A DNA stretch of 64,000 bases from the NCBI GenBank assembly GCA_965220345.1, contig OZ244822.1:1350669-1414668 (forward strand), in the 5' to 3' direction. Below, piece by piece: positions 37,252 to 46,677 of the stretch (within the stretch, counting starts at the first letter, position 1; each line of letters opens with the position of its first letter). This DNA is from Candidatus Aldehydirespirator sp. (lineage in GTDB: Bacteria > Actinomycetota > Acidimicrobiia > Acidimicrobiales > Aldehydirespiratoraceae). Under the pieces are notes generated by a model. That model ran no database searches. It saw only the letters and a list, made by a program, of their open reading frames with translations, and had not been told where the DNA came from. The translations under genes and the position numbers were made by a program.

Positions 37252-40200
37252 TCAGGCCAGCACCGCCGCGTTGAGAAGGTCTTGCTGTTCTTGAGCATGC
37301 ACGGTGGGGCTACCACCTGCGGGACTGCCCGATTCGGGTCGACTGACTCGGCGGATGCTGTAGCCATCGCCGTGAGCCTCATAGAGCCGCCCCTTGACAG
37401 CGTTCCAGGCACCCATGTTCTCGGGTTCTTCTTGCAGCCAGATGATCTCCGACGCATTCGGATAGCGGCGAAGTTCGTAGTCCACCGCCCCATAAGGCCA
37501 CGGATAAAGCTGCTCAATACGACACACCGCTAGGGGAGCGGAGTGCTCATCGCGTAGTTCCATAGCCGCATAAGCCACTTTGCCGCTGCAAAAAATCACC
37601 CGAGTAACGGTTTCGGCATCAAGAGTTCCTGCTTCGGTGGCTGGGTCGCCCAGAACCTCTTCGAATGTGCCCGAGGAAAGCTCATTCACCTTTGAGCGTG
37701 CAGACTTGGTGCGCAGCAGCGACTTGGGCGTGAACACGATCATCGGCTTACGCACACGATGGATCATCTGGCGCCGCAGTAGATGGAAATACTGCCCTGA
37801 TGTGGTCGGCTGGCAGACATGCATGTTGTCCTCTGCAGCCAAAGTCAGAAATCGCTCAATGCGTGCCGAGGAGTGCTCGGGGCCTTGGCCTTCCATGCCG
37901 TGAGGCAACAGCAACACGATGCCGCAGTTTTGCCCCCATTTGTCTTCTGCGGCCACGATGAACTGATCAATGATGATCTGAGCACCGTTAGCGAAGTCCC
38001 CGAACTGGGCTTCCCACATCACCAGAGCCTCAGGTTTTGCGACTGCATAGCCATACTCAAAACCCAAAGCGGCATACTCCGACAGCAGCGAGTCATAGAT
38101 CCATAGCTGCGTGTCGGGTCCGCACAGTTTTGCCAGCGGCACATGCTCCTCGCCGGTCAGGTAGTCCACCAGAGTCGAATGACGATGCGAGAAGGTGCCT
38201 CGGCGGCTGTCTTGGCCGCTGAGTCGCACAGTGACATCTTCAAGCAGCAGCGAACCGAAAGCCATAGCTTCGCCGACACCCCAGTCAAGTTCACCTTTGT
38301 TGAAGTCTTGGTTGCGTTGCTCGAACTGACGAGCCAACTTGGGATGGAGAGTAAAACCTTCGGGAACAGTGTTGAGTGTCCCAAAGACACGCTTCACAGT
38401 GACTGAGTCAATAGCAGTGCGCACATGAGGCATCACGCCGAGAGGTTCCGGTGGTTGTCGAGCTCTAAGGTTCTGGCCGCCTGAAGCGTCGCGTGTCTCA
38501 TCTAAAGCGGCCTGAAGCTGCTCGCGATATTCCTCAAGCGAGGCATCCGCTTCGGCTTCGCTAATATCGCCCCGCTTGAGCAGCGACTCACGGTATTGGG
38601 TGCGCACCGAGGGTTTGGCATCAATGCGGCGATACATCTCCGGCAGTGTGTAGCTGGGGTCATCCGCTTCGTTGTGGCCGTGACGGCGGTAGCAGACCAT
38701 ATCGATCACGGCATCTTTGTTGAAGCGCTGACGGTAGGCAAAAGCCATGCGAGCCACCCGCACGCAAGCCTCAGGATCGTCACCGTTGACATGAAAGATC
38801 GGCGCACCCACCATTTTGGCGACGTCGGTGGAGTATTGAGTGGAGCGCGCGGCATCGGGTGTGGTGGTAAAACCGAGCTGGTTGTTGATCACTAGATGGA
38901 TGGTGCCACCGACGCGGTAACCGTCGATAAGGCTCAGGTTGAAAGTTTCCGCAACCACGCCTTGGCCCGCGAAAGCAGCGTCACCGTGAACTAGCAGCGG
39001 CAGCACTGCATAGGTGCCGTAGCTGCCTGAGTTGCTGATGTTGTCTAGGCGAGCTCGTGCCATGCCCACAACTACCGGGTCTACTGCTTCAAGGTGTGAC
39101 GGGTTGGCTGCCAACTCCACTAGCAGATGATTGCCTGAGGGGCTTTCGTAGGCGGCTATCTGGCCTAAGTGATACTTAACATCACCGCTGCCTTGGATTT
39201 GATCTTCGGTGATGGCTCCCTCAAACTCTTTGAACAGTTCGTGATAGGTCTTACCCACCAAATTGACCAGCACATTGAGTCGTCCCCGATGTGCCATACC
39301 CATGACCACTTCGGCCAGAGGCGCATCAGCTGCACATGTCAGCAGAGCATCAAGAAGCGGAATGGCTGACTCGGCACCTTCAAGGCCGAAGCGCTTCTGA
39401 CCGACGTATTTGGTACCCAAAAAACTTCCAAGAGCTTCTGCGGCGTTGAGTTGGCTAAGAATGCGCTGCTGGTCATCGGATTTGAGCGCAGTGTCGGCAC
39501 CTTCGATTCGTTCTTGTATCCAGCGTTTCTCTGCGGGATTCTGGATGTGCATGTATTCCACACCGACGGTGCGGCAATAGGCATCACGCAGCACGCCGAG
39601 TAGGTCGCCGAGTTTCATGCGGAGCTTCGTCCCTACGGTGGCGTAGATTCCGGTGTCGCTGCCGGTCAAAAACTCGCGGTCTAGGTCCCAGATTGTTAGC
39701 CCGTAGGTGGCAGGGTCAAGCTCGGCGTGCATTTCTGGCGCTTCATCGCGCAAAGGGTTGAGATCAGCGATTAGATGTCCCCGCACCCGATACTGGTTTA
39801 TCAGCTGGTTGACCTTGGCCTGCTTTTCGAGCATTGCGGCTTCACGGTCCACTGGGTTAAAGTCGCGCCGCCACTTCACCGCTTCATAGGGGATGTGCAG
39901 CGATCTGAAGATCGCTCTGTAGAAGTCGTTGGCACCTAACAGCAGGTCGTGTACTTGTTGCAAGAACATTCCCGATTCAGCACCTTGGATAACCCGATGG
40001 TCATAGGTGCTGCTGATCGTCACTAGCTTGCTGACACCCAGGTCAGCTAGCACTGACGGATCCGCTGCTTCGTACTCGGTGGGGAATGCCAGCGCACCCA
40101 CACCAACGATCGTGCCTTGGCCGGACATCAGCCGTGGCACCGATTGCCTGGTGCCGATAGTGCCCGGATTGGTGACGGTGACGGTGACACCCTGCAGGTC

Positions 40201-40962
40201 TTCGGGTTGTATTGCGTTAGTGCGAACTTTGATGATCAGGTCGTCGTAGCGGTCTACGAACTCCGCAAAATCCAGGCTTTCGGCTTTGTGGATGCATGGC
40301 ACCATCAGCGTCCGAGTGCCGTCGGCGCGCACGATGTCAACGGCTATGCCGAGTCCGATGTTTTTGGGTTGTGCGATGCGCGGTCTGTCTTGTGCGTCTC
40401 GGCTGTAGATACTGTTCATAGCTGGGACTGTTCCGCTGATGGCTCTCACCACCGCGAAACCGATCAGATGCGTGAAAGAGACCTTCCGCACCATTTTGCG
40501 GCTCAAGTGACCGTTGATGATCTTGCGGTTGACCTCAAGGAGCTTGGCGGGTATGTCACGGAAGCTCGTGGCTGTGGGCACAGCCAGGCTGCTTTCCATA
40601 TTGTCCACAATGCGAGCGCCGATACCTCTAATCAGTTCGCCAGCAGGATCGTCTTGTGTGGTTTCTGCGGGAGCAGGTGCAGCGACTTCGGTGGCTGTGG
40701 TTTCGATTGTGATATTTGCGGCGACATTTGCGCCGGTGGCTGTTGCAGTGTCGGTCGCAGTGTCTGTAGGTGTATCTGTTGCAGGGGCTGCGTCGCTGAG
40801 GTCGGGGCTAGAGGAAACCTCGGCGGCTTCGCTTTCGAACAGGGCGCGCCAAGATTCGTCGACCGAGTTGGGGTTGTCCGTCCAGAGTTCACGCATCTCA
40901 TCAATGACCCAAGCGTTGGCCCCCAACGATTCGCTGGCTTCAGAACGCGACGGATCGTTCAT
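37252..40962 (-). CDS. kgd: multifunctional 2-oxoglutarate dehydrogenase E1 / decarboxylase (actinobacterial OdhA/Kgd type with E2-like acyltransferase segment)
   Basis: 1236 aa. E2-like catalytic segment (SSTYDHRVIQGAESGMF) followed by the E1 core (HRGRLNVL, GDAAFAGQGVV, CYRRHGHNEADDPS). Confidence 0.95.
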   Translation of the reverse strand: MNDPSRSEASESLGANAWVIDEMRELWTDNPNSVDESWRALFESEAAEVSSSPDLSDAAPATDTPTDTATDTATATGANVAANITIETTATEVAAPAPAETTQDDPAGELIRGIGARIVDNMESSLAVPTATSFRDIPAKLLEVNRKIINGHLSRKMVRKVSFTHLIGFAVVRAISGTVPAMNSIYSRDAQDRPRIAQPKNIGLGIAVDIVRADGTRTLMVPCIHKAESLDFAEFVDRYDDLIIKVRTNAIQPEDLQGVTVTVTNPGTIGTRQSVPRLMSGQGTIVGVGALAFPTEYEAADPSVLADLGVSKLVTISSTYDHRVIQGAESGMFLQQVHDLLLGANDFYRAIFRSLHIPYEAVKWRRDFNPVDREAAMLEKQAKVNQLINQYRVRGHLIADLNPLRDEAPEMHAELDPATYGLTIWDLDREFLTGSDTGIYATVGTKLRMKLGDLLGVLRDAYCRTVGVEYMHIQNPAEKRWIQERIEGADTALKSDDQQRILSQLNAAEALGSFLGTKYVGQKRFGLEGAESAIPLLDALLTCAADAPLAEVVMGMAHRGRLNVLVNLVGKTYHELFKEFEGAITEDQIQGSGDVKYHLGQIAAYESPSGNHLLVELAANPSHLEAVDPVVVGMARARLDNISNSGSYGTYAVLPLLVHGDAAFAGQGVVAETFNLSLIDGYRVGGTIHLVINNQLGFTTTPDAARSTQYSTDVAKMVGAPIFHVNGDDPEACVRVARMAFAYRQRFNKDAVIDMVCYRRHGHNEADDPSYTLPEMYRRIDAKPSVRTQYRESLLKRGDISEAEADASLEEYREQLQAALDETRDASGGQNLRARQPPEPLGVMPHVRTAIDSVTVKRVFGTLNTVPEGFTLHPKLARQFEQRNQDFNKGELDWGVGEAMAFGSLLLEDVTVRLSGQDSRRGTFSHRHSTLVDYLTGEEHVPLAKLCGPDTQLWIYDSLLSEYAALGFEYGYAVAKPEALVMWEAQFGDFANGAQIIIDQFIVAAEDKWGQNCGIVLLLPHGMEGQGPEHSSARIERFLTLAAEDNMHVCQPTTSGQYFHLLRRQMIHRVRKPMIVFTPKSLLRTKSARSKVNELSSGTFEEVLGDPATEAGTLDAETVTRVIFCSGKVAYAAMELRDEHSAPLAVCRIEQLYPWPYGAVDYELRRYPNASEIIWLQEEPENMGAWNAVKGRLYEAHGDGYSIRRVSRPESGSPAGGSPTVHAQEQQDLLNAAVLA

Positions 40963-40976
40963 GGTTGTGATCCTAG

Positions 40977-41810
40977 TTGCCGCTTGACGGCTCCGATAGG
41001 GTCGCGGGCGTGCGGGTAGTCACTTGGAATGTCAACTCGCTAAAGGCGCGGCTAGGCCGGGTAGAGCGCTGGATCAAGGCTTTTGAGCCTGATGTGTTGT
41101 GTCTCCAAGAAACCAAGCTCGCCGACGATGCCTTTGCGGAGTTGGACTTCGGGTCTTTCGGCTATCAATGCATCCACAATGGCGAAGGGCGCTGGAATGG
41201 TGTTGCGTTGCTGAGCCGAGTAGGGCTTGACGACCCAGTGACTGGCTTCGGTGAGGGTGTTGAACCTGATGGCGAAGCTCGCCTTGTTTGGGCTACGTGT
41301 GGCGGGGTGCGAGTGGCGTCGTGCTATGTGCCTAACGGGCGTGCTGTCGGCCATGATCATTATCACTACAAGCTGGATTGGCTGCAGCGGTTGCGGGCAT
41401 CGCTTGATGTGCAGGCACATCCCGATATGGCGGTTCTGGTGTGCGGGGATTTCAATGTCGCCCCCGATGACCGTGATGTGCATGACCCGGCACAGTTCGT
41501 TGGCACTACCCATACCAGCGATGCTGAGCGTCAGCGTCTGGCGGGTCTGTTGGATTGGGGGCTTGTGGACGTGTTTCGTGAGCATCACCACGACGGCGGG
41601 CTTTTTAGCTGGTGGGATTACCGCGGAGGCGACTTCCACAAACGCAAAGGCATGCGCATCGACCTTGCGTTAGGCAGCCGCCGTGTTGTTGAGGCCACTG
41701 ATTTTGTGCTGATTGATCGCAACGAGCGCAAAGGCCCTAAAGATGATCCTCCCAGCGATCACGCTCCGCTACTGGTTGATCTTGATGACGATGTCTTGAG
41801 CGCCTCGTGA
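40977..41810 (+). CDS. xthA: exodeoxyribonuclease III
   Basis: VVTWNVNSLKARL, LCLQETK, GDFNVAPDDRD, PSDHAP. GTG at 41010 (VRVVTWNV) is a plausible true start. Confidence 0.9.
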   Translation: MPLDGSDRVAGVRVVTWNVNSLKARLGRVERWIKAFEPDVLCLQETKLADDAFAELDFGSFGYQCIHNGEGRWNGVALLSRVGLDDPVTGFGEGVEPDGEARLVWATCGGVRVASCYVPNGRAVGHDHYHYKLDWLQRLRASLDVQAHPDMAVLVCGDFNVAPDDRDVHDPAQFVGTTHTSDAERQRLAGLLDWGLVDVFREHHHDGGLFSWWDYRGGDFHKRKGMRIDLALGSRRVVEATDFVLIDRNERKGPKDDPPSDHAPLLVDLDDDVLSAS

Positions 41811-41870
41811 AGCACTCCAGCCGAGAAAGTGTCGCGATAGTGGCCGCTGCTGAGACTGAGCTGGTTTTGG

Positions 41871-41920
41871 GTGAGCGGCTGGTTGTGAGTGGTTGTGAGT
41901 GGTTGTGAGTGGTTGTGAGT
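41871..41920. repeat. 10-bp microsatellite (ggttgtgagt), 4 perfect copies plus 1 degenerate
   Basis: Perfect copies at 41881-41920, preceded by gtgagcggct. Ends 5 nt before the GTG start (41926) of the antiporter gene. Confidence 0.9.
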
Positions 41921-41925
41921 GAGCC

Positions 41926-44325
41926 GTGCTGACACCGCTTGACGAGCACGCCCTGCTGGTGTTTTGGACCCAGTTGCTGGTGCTTGTGGTGGCGGCACGG
42001 GCGTTGGGTTATGTGACTCGCCGAGTGGGCTTGCCGTCGGTTATCGGTCAGCTGGGCGCTGGAGTGGTGCTCGGACCGTCGGTGTTTGGTGCAGTTTGGC
42101 CGAGCGGTTTCGAATGGTTTATCCCCGAAGACGTGATCTCATCGGGGGCGCTTTTTGCTGTGACTTGGCTTGGTGTGGCGCTGTTGTTGGTGACTGCTGG
42201 ATTTGAGACCGACTTGGAGTTGATCCGCCGTCTCGGTCGCGCCGCGGCTTTGGTGACCGGCTTCAGTTTGGTTTTGCCACTAGCGGGTGGTCTGGTGACG
42301 GGCTTGTTTTTGCCGGAAGACTTCGTGGGCGGAGGTGCCGACCGCACCGTGTTCGCGCTGTTTGTGGCCGCGGCTTTGTCGGTGTCGGCGCTTGCGGTGA
42401 TCGCACGGATTTTGTCGGAGTTGGGCTTGATGCGCCGTGACTTTGGCCAGATCACTGTGGCTGCTGGTATGGCTAACGATGTGGTCGGCTGGGTGATGCT
42501 CGCCGTGTTCACGGGTTTCGCTACCGCAGGTGAAGTGTCGCTGGGGGCCACGCTGCGCACTGTTGTGGGTTTGGTGGCTTTCCTGATTTTGGCGATGACG
42601 TTGGGGCAGCGTGTCGTGGATGCCAGTTTGCGGAGGATCCGTCGGGACGGCCCCAACCTGCATGGCGCGCTCAGCCTTGCAGTTATCACCATGCTGGTGT
42701 TTGGGGTGGCTACCCAGGCGTTGGGCATCGAAGCTGTGCTGGGGGCGTTTGTGGCTGGGGTGGTGTTGAACCGGTCGCGCTTTCAACAGCACGAAGTCGT
42801 TCACCACATTGAGTCGCTCACCAACGCTTTCCTTGCGCCGGTGTTTTTTGCTATGGCCGGGCTGCGCATGGATCTTGGTCTACTAGGTAACAGCGAAGCA
42901 CTGTTTTGGGCGGGGGCTGTGATGGTGGTGGCGATCGTTGCCAAGTTCGCTGGCGCTTTTGTGGGTGCCAGACTCGCGGGACAGTCTCGGCGTGCTGCTT
43001 CAGCGTTAGGGGCGGGACTCAACGCTCGTGGCGCGCTTGAGATCGTGATTGCTTCTGTTGGACTGTCGCTGGGTGTGTTTAGCGAGACGGCCTACACCGT
43101 GATCGTGCTGGTACCGCTGGTGACTTCGGTTTTTGCTGCTGTCAGCTTGCGCCTAGTGGTGCGTGACTGGATCGGGTCGCCCGAGGAGGTAGAACGCTTA
43201 GAGCGTGAAGAGGCTTTGAGTCGCAACCTTGTGGTGCGTTCCTCAAGGCTGTTGTTGGCTTCAAGGTCTGAACCTGCGTCTATTGCGGCTGCGCAGCTGA
43301 TGCACTTCGCTTGGCCGGTGCAGGTACCTGCGACAGTGATCTCGGTAACGCTTGACAAGGCTTCAGACAGAAGCCCGCTAGGGGTTTCTGGCCGGTCTCT
43401 TTCTGGCAGGTCTCTTTCTGGTAGGTCTCGGGGCAAGGTTTCTGTGACCGGTTCTGGTGACGCGCCTGTTGTTGTTGATCCTGTTGAGAACGTTTCGGAC
43501 GTTTCGGCTGGGGAGCCTCGGGATCAGTGGCCCGATATCTCCATCATCCGTAGCGTGCTAGACGGTCGGGAGGTTGATCATCGCCAGGTTCGGGCTTCGG
43601 TGTCTGGCTTAGGTTCGGGCTCGGGTCTGGGTCCAGGAGCAGGTTCGGGTGCAGCGGCTGTGGCTGATGCGATTGTGGCTGAGGCTCGTCTCGGTTACGG
43701 GGTGATCTGTGTGGGTGTGGCGGTGCGTCACGATGCACAGCTTTATTCGCCGCTGGTTGATGAGCTGTTGTTGAACTCGCCGCTTCCTGTGGTGATCGTT
43801 AGGCGTGCGTTGAGCTTGGAGACACCACTGCCGGGTGCTTTCACTCGTGCGATTGTTCCAGTGACTGGGACTCGGTCTTCAAGCGCTGCCCAAGAGGTGG
43901 CTTTCGGGGTTAGTAGCCAGCTGGGAACTGAGGTGGTGCTCACTCATGTGACGCAGCGTTCTCGGGCTGAGATGCAGATGTTGCCGAGGCGACTGGCCCG
44001 CAGCAGGCTGGCAACGCGTGTGCTTGGCGAGTCGGCATTGCCCGTTGGTAATCGCCAAGTGGTTGATGCGCTCATGGACGCGGCTCAGGCTCGTGGAGCT
44101 GAGATGGGTGTTGAGGCACGCGCTTTGGTGTCTGAAGGCACCACGGCAGCCTCAACATTGGTGACTGTGGCTGCTGAGCAGGAGGCTGATCTGGTAGTGC
44201 TAGGTGCTTCGCTTCGCAATGTGGACGGCAGGCCGTTTTTGGGTCACACCGTGGAGACAGTGCTGGAACAGTGCCCCGCCAACGTGGCCGTAGTAGCCAT
44301 GCCCCGCCCCACCACCAGCAACTAA
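41926..44325 (+). CDS. CPA2-family cation:proton antiporter fused to C-terminal universal-stress-protein (Usp)-like domains
   Basis: LPSVIGQLGAGVVLGPSVFG plus about 12 TM helices. The C-terminal ~330 aa carries Usp-like segments (IVPVTGTRSS..., ADLVVLGAS...). The linker has SGRSLSGRSLSGRS, from three 15-bp repeats at 43390-43434. Confidence 0.85.
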   Translation: MLTPLDEHALLVFWTQLLVLVVAARALGYVTRRVGLPSVIGQLGAGVVLGPSVFGAVWPSGFEWFIPEDVISSGALFAVTWLGVALLLVTAGFETDLELIRRLGRAAALVTGFSLVLPLAGGLVTGLFLPEDFVGGGADRTVFALFVAAALSVSALAVIARILSELGLMRRDFGQITVAAGMANDVVGWVMLAVFTGFATAGEVSLGATLRTVVGLVAFLILAMTLGQRVVDASLRRIRRDGPNLHGALSLAVITMLVFGVATQALGIEAVLGAFVAGVVLNRSRFQQHEVVHHIESLTNAFLAPVFFAMAGLRMDLGLLGNSEALFWAGAVMVVAIVAKFAGAFVGARLAGQSRRAASALGAGLNARGALEIVIASVGLSLGVFSETAYTVIVLVPLVTSVFAAVSLRLVVRDWIGSPEEVERLEREEALSRNLVVRSSRLLLASRSEPASIAAAQLMHFAWPVQVPATVISVTLDKASDRSPLGVSGRSLSGRSLSGRSRGKVSVTGSGDAPVVVDPVENVSDVSAGEPRDQWPDISIIRSVLDGREVDHRQVRASVSGLGSGSGLGPGAGSGAAAVADAIVAEARLGYGVICVGVAVRHDAQLYSPLVDELLLNSPLPVVIVRRALSLETPLPGAFTRAIVPVTGTRSSSAAQEVAFGVSSQLGTEVVLTHVTQRSRAEMQMLPRRLARSRLATRVLGESALPVGNRQVVDALMDAAQARGAEMGVEARALVSEGTTAASTLVTVAAEQEADLVVLGASLRNVDGRPFLGHTVETVLEQCPANVAVVAMPRPTTSN

Positions 44326-44560
44326 ATCCCGCCGTTATCAGAGGGCTATCAGGATCGCCTCATCATGCATAATCGACTATGAGATTGATTTCTCATGTAT
44401 ATACATGTATAATCAGACTATGATTTGGTTTCGCTCACAAGCGTCAGTAGGACTTCGTGCTTCTAGGCCAGAGCGCCACAGTTTGTGCAGTGTCGGATTT
44501 CTGGATATTGGAATATTGTCTAGAAATCTGTCCAAGCAAGGATCAAGATCGAAACGTAAA

Positions 44561-44590
44561 GGGAGGAGCGGCCTGAAGGCGGCTCCTCCC
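44561..44590. terminator. GC-rich stem-loop (12-bp stem with one mismatch, tgaa tetraloop)
   Basis: gggaggagcggcc-tgaa-ggcggctcctccc, followed by ggttta on the plus strand and by tttacgtttc on the minus strand. Lies between the antiporter gene and the HEPN-motif gene. Confidence 0.35.
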
Positions 44591-44600
44591 GGTTTAGACG

Positions 44601-46253
44601 GTGACCGATGCAATGGCATCAAGGTCTACATCGGACTGTAGCGGACTTATGAGTGAGAAACAACTACCGCTGCTATCTGACTTTGATTTGATATGTAGCA
44701 GGCTCCGGGATTTCTTCGCTCGCAACGGGACATGGCACCGTCGCCTCTGGGGAATCGGCACAGTTCTCAGTCTTCGGGAAGTGCTTGAGTACGCCGAAAG
44801 TTGCCTGACCGGACGATCACCCAACACTGAGGGACTCAAGTTCGTCGTTGACACCGCTAGTCGCGAAGTCAATCGCGATCCTGGTGTTGCACATCTGGCT
44901 GCCGAACTTAAGAGATTGCTCCAAGAACTCAAATTCAACTCTACTAAAGACCTGAGCAGGCACGCCCATGCTCGGCTTGAACAACTTGTCCAACGGGCCG
45001 ATGGCGACTACTGCAAGCGATGGTGCAACGCCGGTAACGATGCTCCTGTTGAGTTCACCAGTCGCGCAATCGCGTCGCATCTTCTTGATAGCGGTCTGAG
45101 CGGTGAACACCTTTATCGGTGGCTGCAAGCGACCGTCTCGTCGCTCTCAAATGTTGCTGAGCTTGCTGAGGAGGCAGCGGCAATGATGCATAGGACTCGC
45201 CTTCGGCAGTATGAGGTGTTTGTCCCCTGTTCTGCACCGTACGACAAACCCGTTAAGTCTGGCGGCTCTTTGAAGTGGCTTGACGGCAGCACCGCGGCCG
45301 AATGGATAAGGCAGCAGTCCTCCCACTCTGAGACACGACGTCACGGTGGCGGATTCCTCATATCGGTTCAGAGACGCGACCCTTGGTCAGCAGTGGATGC
45401 TGCTCAGGCGCTGATAGCACGCGTTGATGCCCGAGCTAAAGTCGCTCGACTGTTCGGTGAGAGCATCAGAATGAACGGCTGGGCTCTAGTGGCTGGCAGC
45501 AACCGCAATTACAGGATCAACTACCGACACAGTGAAGTAGAGATTGGCAGCCTTGACAGGCAGCGATCCATCTATCGCTTCGACTCTGGCCTGCCTATTG
45601 AGGTTGACGATGCGCTGGAACTCGCTTCCTACATGAAATTCCCCAACGTTGGAGCGGCCGTAATTGGAGCTTGGTCAGCCATTGAGGCGCTACTCATAAG
45701 GCCAGAGGAGCGAAGTAAGCATCATGCAGCCGACCGCTTGGCTGCCCTAGTTGCCTGCTCGCTGCCTCGTGCTGAACTGACACCCCTCGCCTACCGGCAC
45801 ATGGAGGCAGCCAACGATCAACTTGCAGCCGCTATTCGAGCATCCGACACGAACTATGCCAAGGTGCGACATGTAGAGAAGTACCTCAGATCTGGGGAAC
45901 GTCTCGCATTAACCGATGGCAGCGACATCGCCGCCCAAGACCGCATCGTCTCCATCCTTGATGACCCCGCCCGGAGCCTTGGAAGGATCAAGGATTACGT
46001 TGCAGAATCAATGCGTAGGCTCTACAACCAGCGAAATCAGATAGCACACTCGGGTTCACTGCGCTCTGATGCCCTAACGGCTACCGCAAGAACGTCGTTC
46101 GCTCTTGTCGGTGCTGGACTTGATCGTATTGTTCACGCCCAACTTCAGACCGACAATCCTTTAGAGCCACTGCAACTCGTGGCACGGGCGGAAACGGAAC
46201 TCAGTTTACTCGGAACGCCCGGTGGCCGTTCCCTGGCTTCACTGCTCGAATAG
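44601..46253 (+). CDS. large hypothetical protein with a C-terminal HEPN-type Rx4H motif
   Basis: MRRLYNQRNQIAHSGS (R-NQIA-H) in a helical C-terminal region. The N-terminal ~400 aa has no motif I recognise. An alternative start lies at 44652 (MSEKQLPLL). Confidence 0.7.
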   Translation: MTDAMASRSTSDCSGLMSEKQLPLLSDFDLICSRLRDFFARNGTWHRRLWGIGTVLSLREVLEYAESCLTGRSPNTEGLKFVVDTASREVNRDPGVAHLAAELKRLLQELKFNSTKDLSRHAHARLEQLVQRADGDYCKRWCNAGNDAPVEFTSRAIASHLLDSGLSGEHLYRWLQATVSSLSNVAELAEEAAAMMHRTRLRQYEVFVPCSAPYDKPVKSGGSLKWLDGSTAAEWIRQQSSHSETRRHGGGFLISVQRRDPWSAVDAAQALIARVDARAKVARLFGESIRMNGWALVAGSNRNYRINYRHSEVEIGSLDRQRSIYRFDSGLPIEVDDALELASYMKFPNVGAAVIGAWSAIEALLIRPEERSKHHAADRLAALVACSLPRAELTPLAYRHMEAANDQLAAAIRASDTNYAKVRHVEKYLRSGERLALTDGSDIAAQDRIVSILDDPARSLGRIKDYVAESMRRLYNQRNQIAHSGSLRSDALTATARTSFALVGAGLDRIVHAQLQTDNPLEPLQLVARAETELSLLGTPGGRSLASLLE

Positions 46254-46356
46254 TGAGATAGACTGGAAAAGACCTTTCAGCGTCCATTCGTGCGATTGCT
46301 TCGGACGCTTCGGTTTCGGTGTAGTTCATATATTCTCCCGCAAGCCAGTAGCCAGT

Positions 46357-46677
46357 TCAGTCGGCTAGCAGCGAACTTACGAGTCGGTTGAGGCTTACTC
46401 CGTTCTCGGCTGCACGCACTACTAGCTGGCGGTGGGTTTCTGGTGGCACACGAACAAGGAAACGTCCACTGTATGACCGCTCCGCCAACGGTGTCGGTAT
46501 TGGCTCGCCGTTCGCTTGCATGTCGACAACAACATCATGCACTAACTCACAGATGCCCGAGAAGGCCTCGTCACGGGCCGGTGCCAGCCAGCTCAGTGAT
46601 GGAAACTCCAAGCACAAGCCCACATGCTCACCATCCTCGGCTGACCAAGTCACTCGATACGTGTAATGATCACTCAC
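46357..46677 (-). CDS. hicB: HicB-family antitoxin
   Basis: YTYRVTWSAEDGEHVGLCLEFPSLSWLAPARDEA...GEPIPTP plus a C-terminal RHH-like GRFLVRVPPETHRQLVVRAAENGVSLNRLVSSLL. GTG start. Confidence 0.85.
   Translation of the reverse strand: MSDHYTYRVTWSAEDGEHVGLCLEFPSLSWLAPARDEAFSGICELVHDVVVDMQANGEPIPTPLAERSYSGRFLVRVPPETHRQLVVRAAENGVSLNRLVSSLLAD

Noticed and set aside
40117-41019. 300-aa plus-strand ORF
   Set aside because: It is antisense to the 5' part of kgd and has no motifs.
42048-42807. 226-aa and 175-aa minus-strand ORFs
   Set aside because: They are antisense to the CPA2 antiporter gene.
44405-44641. 78-aa plus-strand ORF in the island leader
   Set aside because: It runs through the palindromes and the GC hairpin, has no RBS, and has an odd basic composition. 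The region is more likely regulatory or non-coding.
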